Below, piece after piece: positions 40,636 to 52,415 of a stretch of DNA of 64,000 bases (its first letter is position 1; every line of letters starts with the position of its first letter). Below the pieces are notes generated by a model. The model saw nothing but the letters and a program-made list of their open reading frames with translations, ran no database searches and was not told where the DNA came from. The translations under genes and the position numbers were made by a program. Source of the stretch: Eledone cirrhosa (lineage: Eukaryota); NCBI GenBank assembly GCA_964016885.1, contig OZ024743.1, positions 188,914,001 through 188,978,000 on the forward strand. The letters are read 5' to 3'.

Positions 40636-41644
40636 AATAATGACTGGAAATATCAAGCAGTAATATCATAAATGTAAAGGGCGGGCAAATATTAAATAAA
40701 GAAATTCAATCTGTCTGATATATTCTAAAACTCCGAAATCTTTTTTATATATTAAATGTTTATTTAATGTTGTTTACACTAATGATGAAATTTTAACTAA
40801 TATGAGCTTTAAATGTTTTGAGCTGATAAATATCAAATTTTGTTTTTTATAAATGTCTTGTGGGTTTTGTTTCTCTATGTTCCGAGTTCAAATTCCTCCA
40901 AGATTGATGGTTTTTGTTATTCATTGTTGTTGAATAAAACAAATAACAGTTTTATGTTGTATGCAAATCCAAATGATTATGTACCACTGTGTTTTCTAAT
41001 GTAAATCCATTATCCACTACACACTTTATACATTCATCTACCCATCAAAGTTATTTCCTACCAATTTCATCATCATCATATACATAACTACCCACCACCA
41101 CTACTACCATCATTGACCACAAGCAGAACTACACTGAACTATTTCAACTGATCCACTCTATCTACTACCACACTACTAAGGCCATTAACACTGTTTTCTT
41201 AAGTAATTCCATTTTTTTTTAGAAATATTATATTCACCCCAAGCCACCACCAGTTGATATGTACCCAAAACATCTCACTAAACCTATTCCTCCTAATCAT
41301 CAACACCTGAACTTTACCTCACTTGCTAATCTTACTAATACCTATTATCAACTTTATCATTATCATCATCTTACATAACATGACCATACATACATTATTT
41401 CTCAGTTCATTTTTTACTTCCATTTTTTCACACTTCTCTTTTATTAACTCCCTTCTCCCCCCCCCCCACTACACTCTTACTCAAAAACACCTATCCTCCT
41501 CATCTCTTCTGAGTCTTACCGTATTTATCCTGCCTCTGTTATCAAAGAGTTACTCTTCCATCATGACCCTAAGTGAGCAGGTGAAACATCAGAGTAACAA
41601 GGCTCACCAATTAGTCATATTAAATGAAAATTTAAATTCTACTT

Positions 41645-41910
41645 TAGAAAGAAACTGGGTATAAGAGAGATAAGTTGTGGTGTGCAGGAAAGAAGGCTGA
41701 GATGGTATGGACATGTTATGCGCATGGAGGATGACCGCTGGGTAAAGAAGTGTCAAGAAATCTTAGTAGAAGGAAGATGCAGTAGGGGTAGTCCACGAAA
41801 AACATGGGCGGAGGTGGTGAGAGCAGACCTCAGATTGCTGAAACTCACCATGGAGATGAAGGATCATGACAAGTGGAGAGATGCTGTGCTGATAGCACCT
41901 ATCCAACCCT
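41645..41910 (+). mobile_element. RTE 3' coding remnant (related family)
   Basis: VQERRLRWYGHVMRMEDDRWVKKC...GSPRKTWAEVV. Confidence 0.85.
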
Positions 41911-42297
41911 TGCTTGAACTGTTTGGAGATATTAATTCTGTTAATCATTCCCTCATAATACACTGTTACTCAACGAATCTTCAGAGAATTGATTTATACA
42001 TACTCCGTGAATTATTGGAATCTGTATAATACTAATGAATTAACACCTGGAATATAAAATTGCAGGACTTAATTATATGCATTAAGAAAGCTATCTCGTA
42101 AGCTGCTTCTTCATTAATAGTTGCAAAATTACTCCACAAGTTTGATTTTATCAACAAAAAGTGAAAACTACCTTACCTTCTTATATATATATGTGTGTGA
42201 GTGTGTGTGTGTGTGTGTGTTTGTGTATTCATATATATGTATATAAGAATCGATAAAAAATCCGAGGCCTTATTCATTTGGTTCAAGTTTATTAAAA

Positions 42298-42359
42298 TCT
42301 GTTATATATATATTTCACTGAGGACTATCAGTTATGACAGCCTGAGTTCCTCAGCCAGT
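42298..42359 (-). ncRNA. Minimal type-I hammerhead ribozyme (near-intact)
   Basis: Minus strand reads ACTGG-CTGAGGA-ACTCAGGCTGTCA[TAAC]TGATAGTCCTCAGT-GAAA-TATATATA-TA-ACAGA, then AATAAA. Stem I has 3 bp and a mismatch at the pair next to the cleavage site. Confidence 0.72.
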
Positions 42360-42743
42360 AAGCCTATAAAACAACGAAATTAATGCATAGAAGATTTCAC
42401 TGTTCTAGCATCAGTCCTTCATAGTCAGCCTATACACTTTTCAGCCAACCCTCATATATGTGTGAGTGTAAATATGTATTTGTTTGTGTTTGTTATTTCT
42501 TTTTATAGTATGTTATTGAAATGCAGATACAATTTTGGGAGGTTAAACATAGAATCCTGTTTTCTTTGTAACAAATAATATTTTTAAAATGTACTTAGGA
42601 TAATAAATTCATGCAGAGCTACCATAATTGTCATTCAAAAAATTCACCATTAGCATGGCACTTTATCTTTTAAGCAATGCTGAATATACTTTCATTCAAA
42701 ATTGTAAGTCGCTTATTCATGCTCAAATTTGAAAGTAATAATT

Positions 42744-43113
42744 GTTTCTACTTTTGGCACAAGGCCAGCAATTACCCAGTATATTACTGGTGCTTTATTC
42801 TATCGACCCTATAAGGATGAAAGCAAAGTTAACTTTGGCGGGATTTGAACTCAGACCGTAAAGAGGCGTAACTCTATGCTGAAAAGCATGGCGTCCAACC
42901 CTCTACCGATGCTATCAAGTAATAATTGTTTCTACTTTTGGCACAAGGCCAGCAATTACCCAGTACATTACTGATACTTTATTTTATCGACCCCCCGTAA
43001 GGATGAAAGTCAAAGTTAACCTCAGTGGGATTTGAACTCAGAATGGCAAGGGCCATAACTATGTGTCAAAGCATGGTGTCTGACCCTCTACCGATACTGC
43101 CAATCCACCGCCC
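42744..43113 (-). mobile_element. Two head-to-tail family A SINEs
   Basis: Units at about 42744-42918 and 42927-43113, each preceded by AAGTAATAAT. Confidence 0.9.
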
Positions 43114-43202
43114 TACATACATACCCAGTATAATAATACCAATAAATATTATGGGATGAAATTATATATATATATATATATTTATATATTTATATACATA
43201 TA

Positions 43203-43541
43203 TCATCATTTCATTTTACGTCCGCTTTTCCCTGCTTGCAAGGGTGGGACAGGAACTGATTCTGGCTTGATTTCTACAGCTGGATGCCCTTCCTAACACC
43301 AACCTCATTTACAGTGAGTGCTGTGTGCTTTTTTTCCATGGCGCCTACACGTCCACTTTACAGTGTGGGCTGGGTGCTTTTTTGCCGGGGCACCTCCATG
43401 ACCAGTGGAATCTCATTTCTACAGCTGAGCAATGTGAAATAAAGTGTCTTGCTCAAGGAAACAACACATCACCCGGTCTGAGAATTGAACTCACAACCTT
43501 TCGATTGCAAGGCCAATGCTCGAACCACTAAGCCATGTGCC
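43203..43541 (-). mobile_element. Full-length tRNA-derived SINE family B
   Basis: Head with A-box TGGCTTAGTGG and B-box GAGTTCAATTC, CORE-like TCCTTGAGCAAGACACTT, and RTE-type 3' module ending GGACGTAAAATG. Confidence 0.88.
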
Positions 43542-43543
43542 AC

Positions 43544-43629
<86 letters not shown>

Positions 43630-45667
43630 CTACAATCAAAGAAAGGTATTGGATAAAGGTTCTACAGAAACACAATCAGGAATCTAATCAACTGATTAGG
43701 TTCCTGATAACTTTTAACTAATATGTCTATTGATTGAGTATTCTACCATAAAAACGTATATCCTTGATTCTAACATCAGACAATTATTTTCCATGCAAAC
43801 CTAAGGCTATGTATCCTATTTGTATGATTGTAGCACATACCACTTTTGATGCTATATTGAAATACAACACCGACAGTTGTTACTCCAACTTAAATCATAT
43901 TATAACCAACCAAACAAACAAAAACAAAACAAAAAACAAACTATATCAATTTTCTTTAGACACAAAGAATTCTGTAGTTTCTATGATTGCAATGAAAGGC
44001 AATAATGTAGTTTAAAGCTATTGCTCTGGTAATTTAGTGGTGCCAATTTGAAAAAAAACAAAACGTTTCTTCAGTTGATATGCAAATACATTTTAAGCTG
44101 TAATAAAATGTTGTCATTTCTGTGATTAACATATGGAGGAAATAGTTAAGTATGTTAACTCATGCAGGTTGAAAAAATCCAGGTATGATATGCATTGTTT
44201 GAATGTTATATTCAAATAAAAGAGTTCTTCAATAATGTAACTATTGCAGCTTTTATTGAACCAGAGCTGATCAAGGTGAAGTTGCTAATATGATTCATAA
44301 TGAAGTGAATGTAAGGTGTCTTTCTTCACCCAACCTCACATATGGCTATTGTTGCAATCTAGAACTAAAAACTATTTACTGCAAATTTTATTTACATAAA
44401 TATTTTGCATAATAAACTGAAAGAAAATAAAAAAAGTTAAATAATGAAACTAGGGGAAGAGGAACAAGAGGAGCAGACACAATACCCCTGTATAGGTAAA
44501 ATTAGCATGAGATTTTCTGGAGAGAAATGATGCATGCTGAAAGCAGGCTATTCACAGGAGAAATATAAGTCAGTAGAATTTGTGTGATGCCAACTATATG
44601 ATTTGATAAAAAAAAGTTGTTCCTTTTATTGGATAAAAAAGGGAAAACCAGTTAAATTTTGTTGATTCCATAATCTATGTGTTTTTTATTCTATGACCAA
44701 GCTTTATAACATCAATTGCATACTCTGTCCTTTTGATTTATTTAAATATATTTATATTAGTAGATTTAACGTTGTTTCTTAGCCATACAAATTTCTACCT
44801 ATATTGTATCAGTTATCATCTCACATGCTGGTATGATAAGTAGAGACAATTGTCTGCTCCTACATGGTCAGAGGCCTTAAAGGCGGTGACACAGGACTGA
44901 GATCTCTGGTGTTATACAGTAATACAGAAGACCTGCCTTCCCATGAACACAAGCTGAAGCATAAATATAGTATAGACCACCTTCAACTCCCCACCCCACT
45001 CTTCCACACACCTCTTATGAGCACAGGCTGAAGCATACATCTTGTCTGCTCCACACCCCTTTACTTACCATGTCCTAATACTCCACCCCTCAGACACACC
45101 CAAATACCCACCAACCAAATCCACCAGAAAACTCTCTCACTAAAGGCCCCAGCCCACACTGTAAAGTGGTCATGATGATGACAGGAAAAAAACCACCCAG
45201 CCCACACTGTAAAGTATTTGTGATGGCAATGCAATAAAAAACACCTAGCCCACACTGTAAAGTGTTAATGTAAAGTGTCACAACAAAAAACACCCAGTAC
45301 ATATGGTAAATGTGGTCGGTGTTAGAAAAGGCATCCAGCAGTTGAAACCAAGCCAAAATCCGTTCTGTATGAGCAAGACATGGTCACCTCACCCACTAAT
45401 TCTCAAAACAGGACAACATATCTAAACCATGTTAGCAAGGAAAAATTGATGTTATACATGGTGATGATTATATATATATATACCAAAGAGATGGCAAAAT
45501 AAAAAGACCTGCTTTTTCTTTAAAAAATTTTCTGATTTTACTCCAGCTCACCCTACTCTATCTTTCTTCTTTAAGTTCATTCTATTTTCTGATAAAGGAC
45601 TAACATCCAAAACCTTACAACTTTTCCTATTATATTAAGCATGAAACTTATATATATATATATAAGT

Positions 45668-45855
45668 AAAAAAGATGAAATCGAAAATGCAACTGTTTGT
45701 GGTTTTTCTCTCATCAAATGTGAGAATAACCACAAACCCTCCATCTCAATTCTACTTTTGAAAAGCAGAAGAACTGTGGAACCGGTAAAGGAACCAAATA
45801 AATATATATTTTTATAAAAAAAGACTCCAGTTGCATTTTCGATTTCATCTTTTTT
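45668..45855. repeat. 188-bp segment with perfect 28-bp terminal inverted repeats
   Basis: AAAAAAGATGAAATCGAAAATGCAACTG (45668-45695) / CAGTTGCATTTTCGATTTCATCTTTTTT (45828-45855); internal hairpin at 45696-45736. Confidence 0.92.
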
Positions 45856-45982
45856 CTTTATACTTTCACTTGTGTAGGACACCTCGGTTTTTTTACGTTT
45901 TGTAAAAAAACCTCACTTTCTAATATATATATATATCAATGATATTAAATAAATGGAAACTATATTTATAAAACCATATTTA

Positions 45983-46035
45983 TTCTGATATATCTTTCAA
46001 GGGTACCAAAACTTTGGTACACTCTCATCAGATAA
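45983..46035 (-). ncRNA. Minimal type-I hammerhead ribozyme (mildly degenerate)
   Basis: Minus strand reads TTAT-CTGATGA-GAGTGTACCAA[AGTT]TTGGTACCCTT-GAAA-GATATA-TC-AGAA, overlapping AATAAA. Single mismatches in stems I, II and III. Confidence 0.65.
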
Positions 46036-46424
46036 AATACGAAGTTTGTTTTATAAATATTGATATATCCAGGAAGGAGTTCTTAACGGTTCAAGTTTTT
46101 CCTGGACGTGGAAGATGGACGTTAAACGATGATGATGATGATGCTGATACACAATCAACACTGTAAATATGGTTGGTGTTCGGATGGGCATACGTCCTTA
46201 GAAACCAAGTGAGAAACAGTTGTATGAGCAAGACAAAGTCAACTGATCTGACTTGTCACACAACAGGACAACTCGTCTAACCCATGCTAGCATGGAAAAA
46301 TCTATGTTAAGTGGTAATGATGTGGAAAGTGATGATGATATACATATATATACATGTATATATATATATATATAAACTAGATTGATCATAGGTATATATA
46401 GTAAGTACTAACAGCACACATGAA

Positions 46425-47030
46425 ATAGATTCCTTTTGTTGCCAAAGAGGCTCCTTAGAAATAGTTGACAGCTTTTATTACATAGGCAATCAAATTAGCA
46501 GTTCGGAAGGATGTGCTGAGAGTGTGATAGCTAGGATGATAAATGGTTGGAAGAAGTTTAGAGAGCTGTTACTGCTGCTGACAACACAGGGCTTTTCTCT
46601 CAGAGTAACGGGTAGACTGTATAAGGCCTGTGAACAAACTGCAATGCTACATTGTAATGAAACATGGGCATTGATGACAGAAGAAGTGGTGGCTAGAAAG
46701 AAACAAATTAAATATACTTCGATGTATGTGTAATGCATGAGCAACATAGCATAGGCAAACTGAGGGGAAAACTCAGGATAAGAGGAACTTGATTTAGTGT
46801 GCAAGAGAGAAGACTACATTGCTATGGACATGTGATGCACATGGAAGATAGCAGCTACATTAACAAAGTGCAGAGAAACCCCAGTGGCTGAGACCCATGG
46901 AAGGGGGCAGATCCAGAATGAGATGGGATAAGGTTGTAATGATTGACCTTAAAAAAACTAAACCACACAACAGAAATGACAAAAGACTGCAAGAGCTGAT
47001 GCTATGCTGCACTGGCAAAGATCTATCCAA
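46425..47030 (+). mobile_element. Decayed older RTE 3' fragment
   Basis: SLEIVDSFYYIG..GWKKFRELLLLLTTQGFSLRVTGRLYKAC..MLHCNETWAL..GHVMHMED. Confidence 0.85.
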
Positions 47031-48198
47031 TAGCATACAATATGGCTTGACTTATCTCCATGTCTTTTCCACTAGCACTCCCTGGCAGCTACCTCACCAT
47101 CACTACACCCCCACCACACCAAGCCTCATTCACCTTCACTCTTTAGCTGCTGCCCCTCAAAAACGCTCAGATACCATCACTATCACACCCTAATAGCTAC
47201 ACTCACCCCCACCCATTCTCCTTGCACTAGCATTCCCTAGCAGGCATCTCGCATCCATTTCATCCATGACTCCTCATTCCTTTGCTACAGTTTCTACTAA
47301 AACCCTTATTTACCCTCACTATTGCACCCTAGTAGCTACTGTCTTCATCCCAATGCAACCAATGCATGACCACTCCACTATCACTCCTTAACTATTTTCT
47401 CTATCACTACATCTCCCCTTCTCAGCACTAGGCAGTGCTACCTCTACCCCTAGCAGTAATGGCTAAACTATCCACACCCCCAACTTTCACCACTTCAGTG
47501 TTCTCACTTGCCATAACTTCCTACTTATCTTCCTCCTATCACCTTTCTCCACAGAACAGAGAGGGTTCTTGTGTTGGGACAAGGACCAAATCATTACATC
47601 TTGCAAGGTGGTTGGCAGAAGGGAGAGCAACCCACTGGAGAAACCGTGACTGTAATAAAAAGGGTTAAGAAGACCCTTCAGTTATGCCACAGCGTGAAAA
47701 CCTATCTAGTGTTGATCTACAGGATAAATACACCAAGTACACACTGTAAAGTGGTTGATGGAAGCAAGATCATCCAGCCGTATAAAGCTTTCCAAACATA
47801 GGGCTGAGAGGATACTTCAATTGTGTCAAGGACATGACAGCCTCCCTATTATTGGTGATCTACACAATAAATGCATTCAGTACATGCTGTAAAGTAGTTG
47901 GGAATAGGAAGTGCCTCCAGCTATAGAAAGCTTTATAACCAAAGGGGTAGGAGGACACTTCAGCTGTGTCAAAGACATGACAACCTCTCCTGTGCACACG
48001 ATAGAACCTGAGACTATACATAAGCAAAGTGCAGCCTATGATGACCTGTTTGGTAGGTCAGTAGCACCACTTCAGTACTGACTTGGTCAATGTAAATCCA
48101 TCCTAATCTTGCTCACGGGGAAAGTTGATATTAAACAATGATGATGATGATTTACATATATATTTACACATATATATATATAGTTATGTATATGTATA

Positions 48199-49199
48199 TT
48201 AGCTCATTCTATTGCACAGATGGTTCTATAGAAATAGTGGACACCTTCCGTTACTTGGGTGACAAAATCAGCAGTGGTGGAGGGTGCTCTGAAAGTACAC
48301 TAGCTAGAGTCAGAACGGGATGGAAAAAGTTCAGAGAGCTTATACCACTATTAGCCGCTAAAGGGTTCTCTCTAAAAATAAAAGGCAGGCTGTATGATGC
48401 CTGCATACGAACAGCAATGTTACATGGCAGTGAGACCTGGGCATTGTGAGCAGAGGATATACGCAGACTGTAGGGGAACGAAGCTTGCATGCTCCGCTGG
48501 ATGTGTAATAGTAATATACGTGAACGGCAAAGCATAAACGAACTAAGGGAAAAATTAGAAATAAGAGGGATCAGATGTTGTTTACTCGAGAGAAGACTAT
48601 GTTGGTATGGTCACGTGATGCGCATGAAAGACGACAGCTGTATACAAAAGTGCAGGGCAATAATAATAGACGGTAGCCACAGAGTAGGCAGACCCAGAAA
48701 AACCTGGGATGACTTGATAAATTCCGACCTCACACACTTACACCTCTCCAAGACAATGTCACTGGACCGAGATCTTTGGCGATACACAGTAATACAGAAG
48801 ACCCGCCTTGCCTAAGTACAAAGTGAAACCTACTACAGTCAGTAGGCACCTCTAACAAAATACACCCCCGTCCCACTACCCACACCCCATCCACACCACC
48901 CCTTTCAATGTAAAGTTATGTTGGTACCGCAATATCCAGTCCGAAACAAATGAGGTCGTGTAGGTGTCACAACAAAAAAACACACAGTCCACGCTGTAAT
49001 GTGGCCGTGTAGGTAACACAGTAAAAACCTCCCAGTCCACACTGTAAACGTGGTTGGTATTAGGAAGGGCATCCAGCCATAGAAAACCCACCAGACAGTC
49101 CTATGCGAGCAAGACAACCACTCTTGCCTCAAGTGGGAAAATTCCCGTCCAAACCCATGCAAGCGTGGAAGATGGACGTTAAACGATGATGATGATGAT
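48199..49199 (+). mobile_element. RTE LINE copy 4 (short 3' fragment)
   Basis: GSIEIVDTFRYLG...KTRLA with stops, followed by 3' UTR and (GAT)n tail. Confidence 0.93.
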
Positions 49200-49424
49200 A
49201 TTGTTATATCTGGTGATGGTCATGTTGCCAGTATTGTCAATGAAAAGAAACACATGCACCATATAATTTTCACATTTTCACTTTATCTTTGTTACTGGTT
49301 ATTTCTTAGGTCATCAAAGTTCCATCATCATATATTTTGCGACATTCTCAATCACTATCAGTTCTCTTCTGATTCTCCTCTTCTTTCTGATCTTATAATA
49401 CATAAATGTCTGAGTGAGTGTGTG

Positions 49425-51410
49425 TGTCTGCCCCCACATCACCAAAACCACCACCTTCCAGGGTCCCAACGGCGACTCTCTCTCTGTCCGGCACGCCTTC
49501 TGCTGCACCTATTCCAATCTAGTCTATGGACTTCGCTGCACGGAGTGCAGCACAACCTATGTCGGACAGACTGGATGTCGCCTGGTGGAACGTTTCACTG
49601 AACACCTCCGAGATATTCGTCACGGCGGGAGTTCCCCCATCGCCTGCCACTTTGGCTCCTCTGGACATTCCACCCATCACCTCACAGTCTGTGGCCTACT
49701 CCAATGCCACGGAACACCCGCCTCACGGTCGAACAATATACCATCTTCACCCTACAGACCACACTCCCCCCAGCCTAAACTCCCCACACTCCCCCCAGCC
49801 TAAACTCCCCACACCTATTCCTTTAGCCTTCGACCGCCCTGTCCCCCCACACACACATATCCCCCACTAACACGCTCCTCCTTTTCACTGTCCACCCCAC
49901 AACTAACAATACTAACACCCCCACCCGACCACCCTCCCCCAACTAACAATACTAACATCCCCACCCATCCCCGTATCACTCACACACCCACCTGTACATA
50001 TATACACGCACTCACACTAACCACACACCCTACTACCACCACTAACCTTCACCCACACATCCACTCCAACCACCCCACAACCAATACCACATACACCCCC
50101 CCCCCGGCCCCCACGCACATGAACACACACCTTCCCACACATACCCACCCACACCTACATACACCACCCACTCTACACACCCAACACCCGCATTCAACCC
50201 TTTCCCCCCCACCTGTATACTAACACCCACTATCACCCCCTTTACCACACACACACTCATCCAAACACGCACACACACACCAGTACACTACACGCCCTCC
50301 ACCGTCCCCCACACCTCCTCTCTCCCCGCTCCACCCACACCCCTCACACACACACACACACACATCCCACTAACACCTCTACTAACCCCCCCCCCCACCA
50401 CATGACCCCTCCCACCCCACCTTTCACACCTACCCATCCTCTCCCCTGTCCACCGCACCTCTGCACACACAGACACACAGTCCTCACCACACACTCACTT
50501 TCTCCACCTGTCATTCTCCTCTACTGCCATGCCTTCATCCAGCCTTGACCCTCTGACCACTTCTCCGCGCACACAGACACACAGTCCTAACCACCACACA
50601 CTGACTTTCTCCACCTGTCTTTCTCCTCTACTGCTATGCCTTCATCCTGCCTTGTTCCTCTGACCAATTCCTGTTGCACGCGCACCCCACGTCTCCCCAC
50701 TTCCGACCACCACCACCAACGGATTACACACCACCGGGATTATCCACCGGGATTATCCACCGGGATTATCCACCGGGATTATCCACTCCATAACATGAAA
50801 AATATCCGGCAACTCTTCACACCCTCTACGGAACTACCTTAGGAACTTACCCACGGACATACACTCACAATTTTTTTTCGAACCAAGCCACCTACACCAC
50901 GTATAAACACCAACACACACGTGCGTACCCCCACATATACACACTCAGCCTCCGGAATCCCCCCCTCACCCACCCCTTTGACCCCTCCCCATCGACAGGC
51001 ACGCACACACCGACCTACAACCCACCACACACTCACACCTTCTCCTGAACATGGAACCTCGGTCTTCCCCCAACTCTCACATTCACACACACACACACGT
51101 ACACCTACACACATCCACAAACACCACCTTCAGCCCTCCCCGCTCGGACACCCCGCCTCCCTCTCCCTACTCCACCCGCCGCCACCCCTACACGCCCCAC
51201 ACCCTTCCACCACTTATTTATCTTTGTTTATTTTTATTTTTATTTGTACTCCGTCCACCGTCTTCCTCCCTTTTCTCCCCCTCCCTCCTTTCTAAATGTC
51301 CCTACACCACTCCCCCTCTGAACCCCCCCCCCACTCTCAAGAGCGTGAAACTAATAAACGTTTGTTTGTACTGCCGCTCTGTTTTCGTTCCCGTTCCATT
51401 TTTCACTGTA
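49425..51410 (+). mobile_element. Second Penelope-like fragment: GIY-YIG domain plus long C-rich 3' region
   Basis: CTYSNLVYGLRCTECSTTYVGQTGCRLVERFTEHLRDI..SPIACHF (49500-49700), then about 1.6 kb of C/A-rich sequence ending at (TA)n. The 3' extent is inferred. Confidence 0.75.
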
Positions 51411-51534
51411 TATATATATATATCTTATGATTTGAATTATTGATTTTCTGAACAGCCATAGAGCTTTTTTAATGGGAAAGATAATAATCATATATTATAT
51501 AACATATGATAAATTAACTTAGTATAAATTAACT

Positions 51535-51626
51535 GTATATATGTGTGTGTATACATATGTGTGTATATATATATACACATATGCATATATATATATATAT
51601 ATACATATATACATATGTATTTATAT

Positions 51627-51690
<64 letters not shown>
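51535..51690. repeat. (TA)n-rich microsatellite
   Basis: Directly visible. Confidence 0.95.
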
Positions 51691-51694
<4 letters not shown>

Positions 51695-51847
51695 TAAAAT
51701 AACAGATTAAAGTTTAAGCAAAGAATCGCTGCTTTCACCCTTAATGGGATCTTCTGAAACTAAAAAAGTTAATCTGTGAACGCAGAAGTAAATATTTCAA
51801 AAAACGTTGCAACTGGAGGAAGACAGGAAGGCGATGCTTTGGTTTGT

Positions 51848-52117
51848 GGAAACGTTCCCTTGCAAAGAACGGAAAAAGTGGAGATAATACGTCATTATTT
51901 GGAGCGGAGAAAACAATTACACACAAAGACAATACCAAGTTTATGGTATAAATGAAGTCGTAGACTAATAATCTATTAGTAGGTTCATGGAGACGTTCTC
52001 TGGCAATGAAGGGAAAAAACGAAGATAATACGTCATTATGTGGAGCATTGATAATCTATTGCACGCAAAGACAAAATCACATAAATAGTATAACTGAAGT
52101 CGTAGACTAAAATTCTA
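51848..52117. repeat. Two diverged tandem units, period about 141 bp
   Basis: GGA.ACGTTC..AGATAATACGTCATTAT.TGGAGC..CAAAGACAA..TGAAGTCGTAGACTAA repeated at 51848 and 51989. Confidence 0.85.
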
Positions 52118-52415
52118 ACTAGGAAACCGAATGATTCTCGGCTTCAGAGTTAAGAATAAAGTAAATAAAATACAGAGGCAATTGAAATTAAATAAATACA
52201 GACACGCATCCATATACATACATACACAAGCATACGCGAAAACGCTCGCTATAGGTATACAAATACAAGCACATACACAAAAAACCCGCACGCACATACA
52301 GAACCCATGCAACACCTGTACCAGCGCACATACGAACGTATACGCCAAATAGACATAAAATTATTACTAAATAAATATATATATATTATTATTACTATAT
52401 ATATATATATATATA

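Noticed and set aside
43470-43541. tRNA gene
   Set aside because: A/B boxes are present but the cloverleaf stems do not pair, and the sequence continues into a SINE body.
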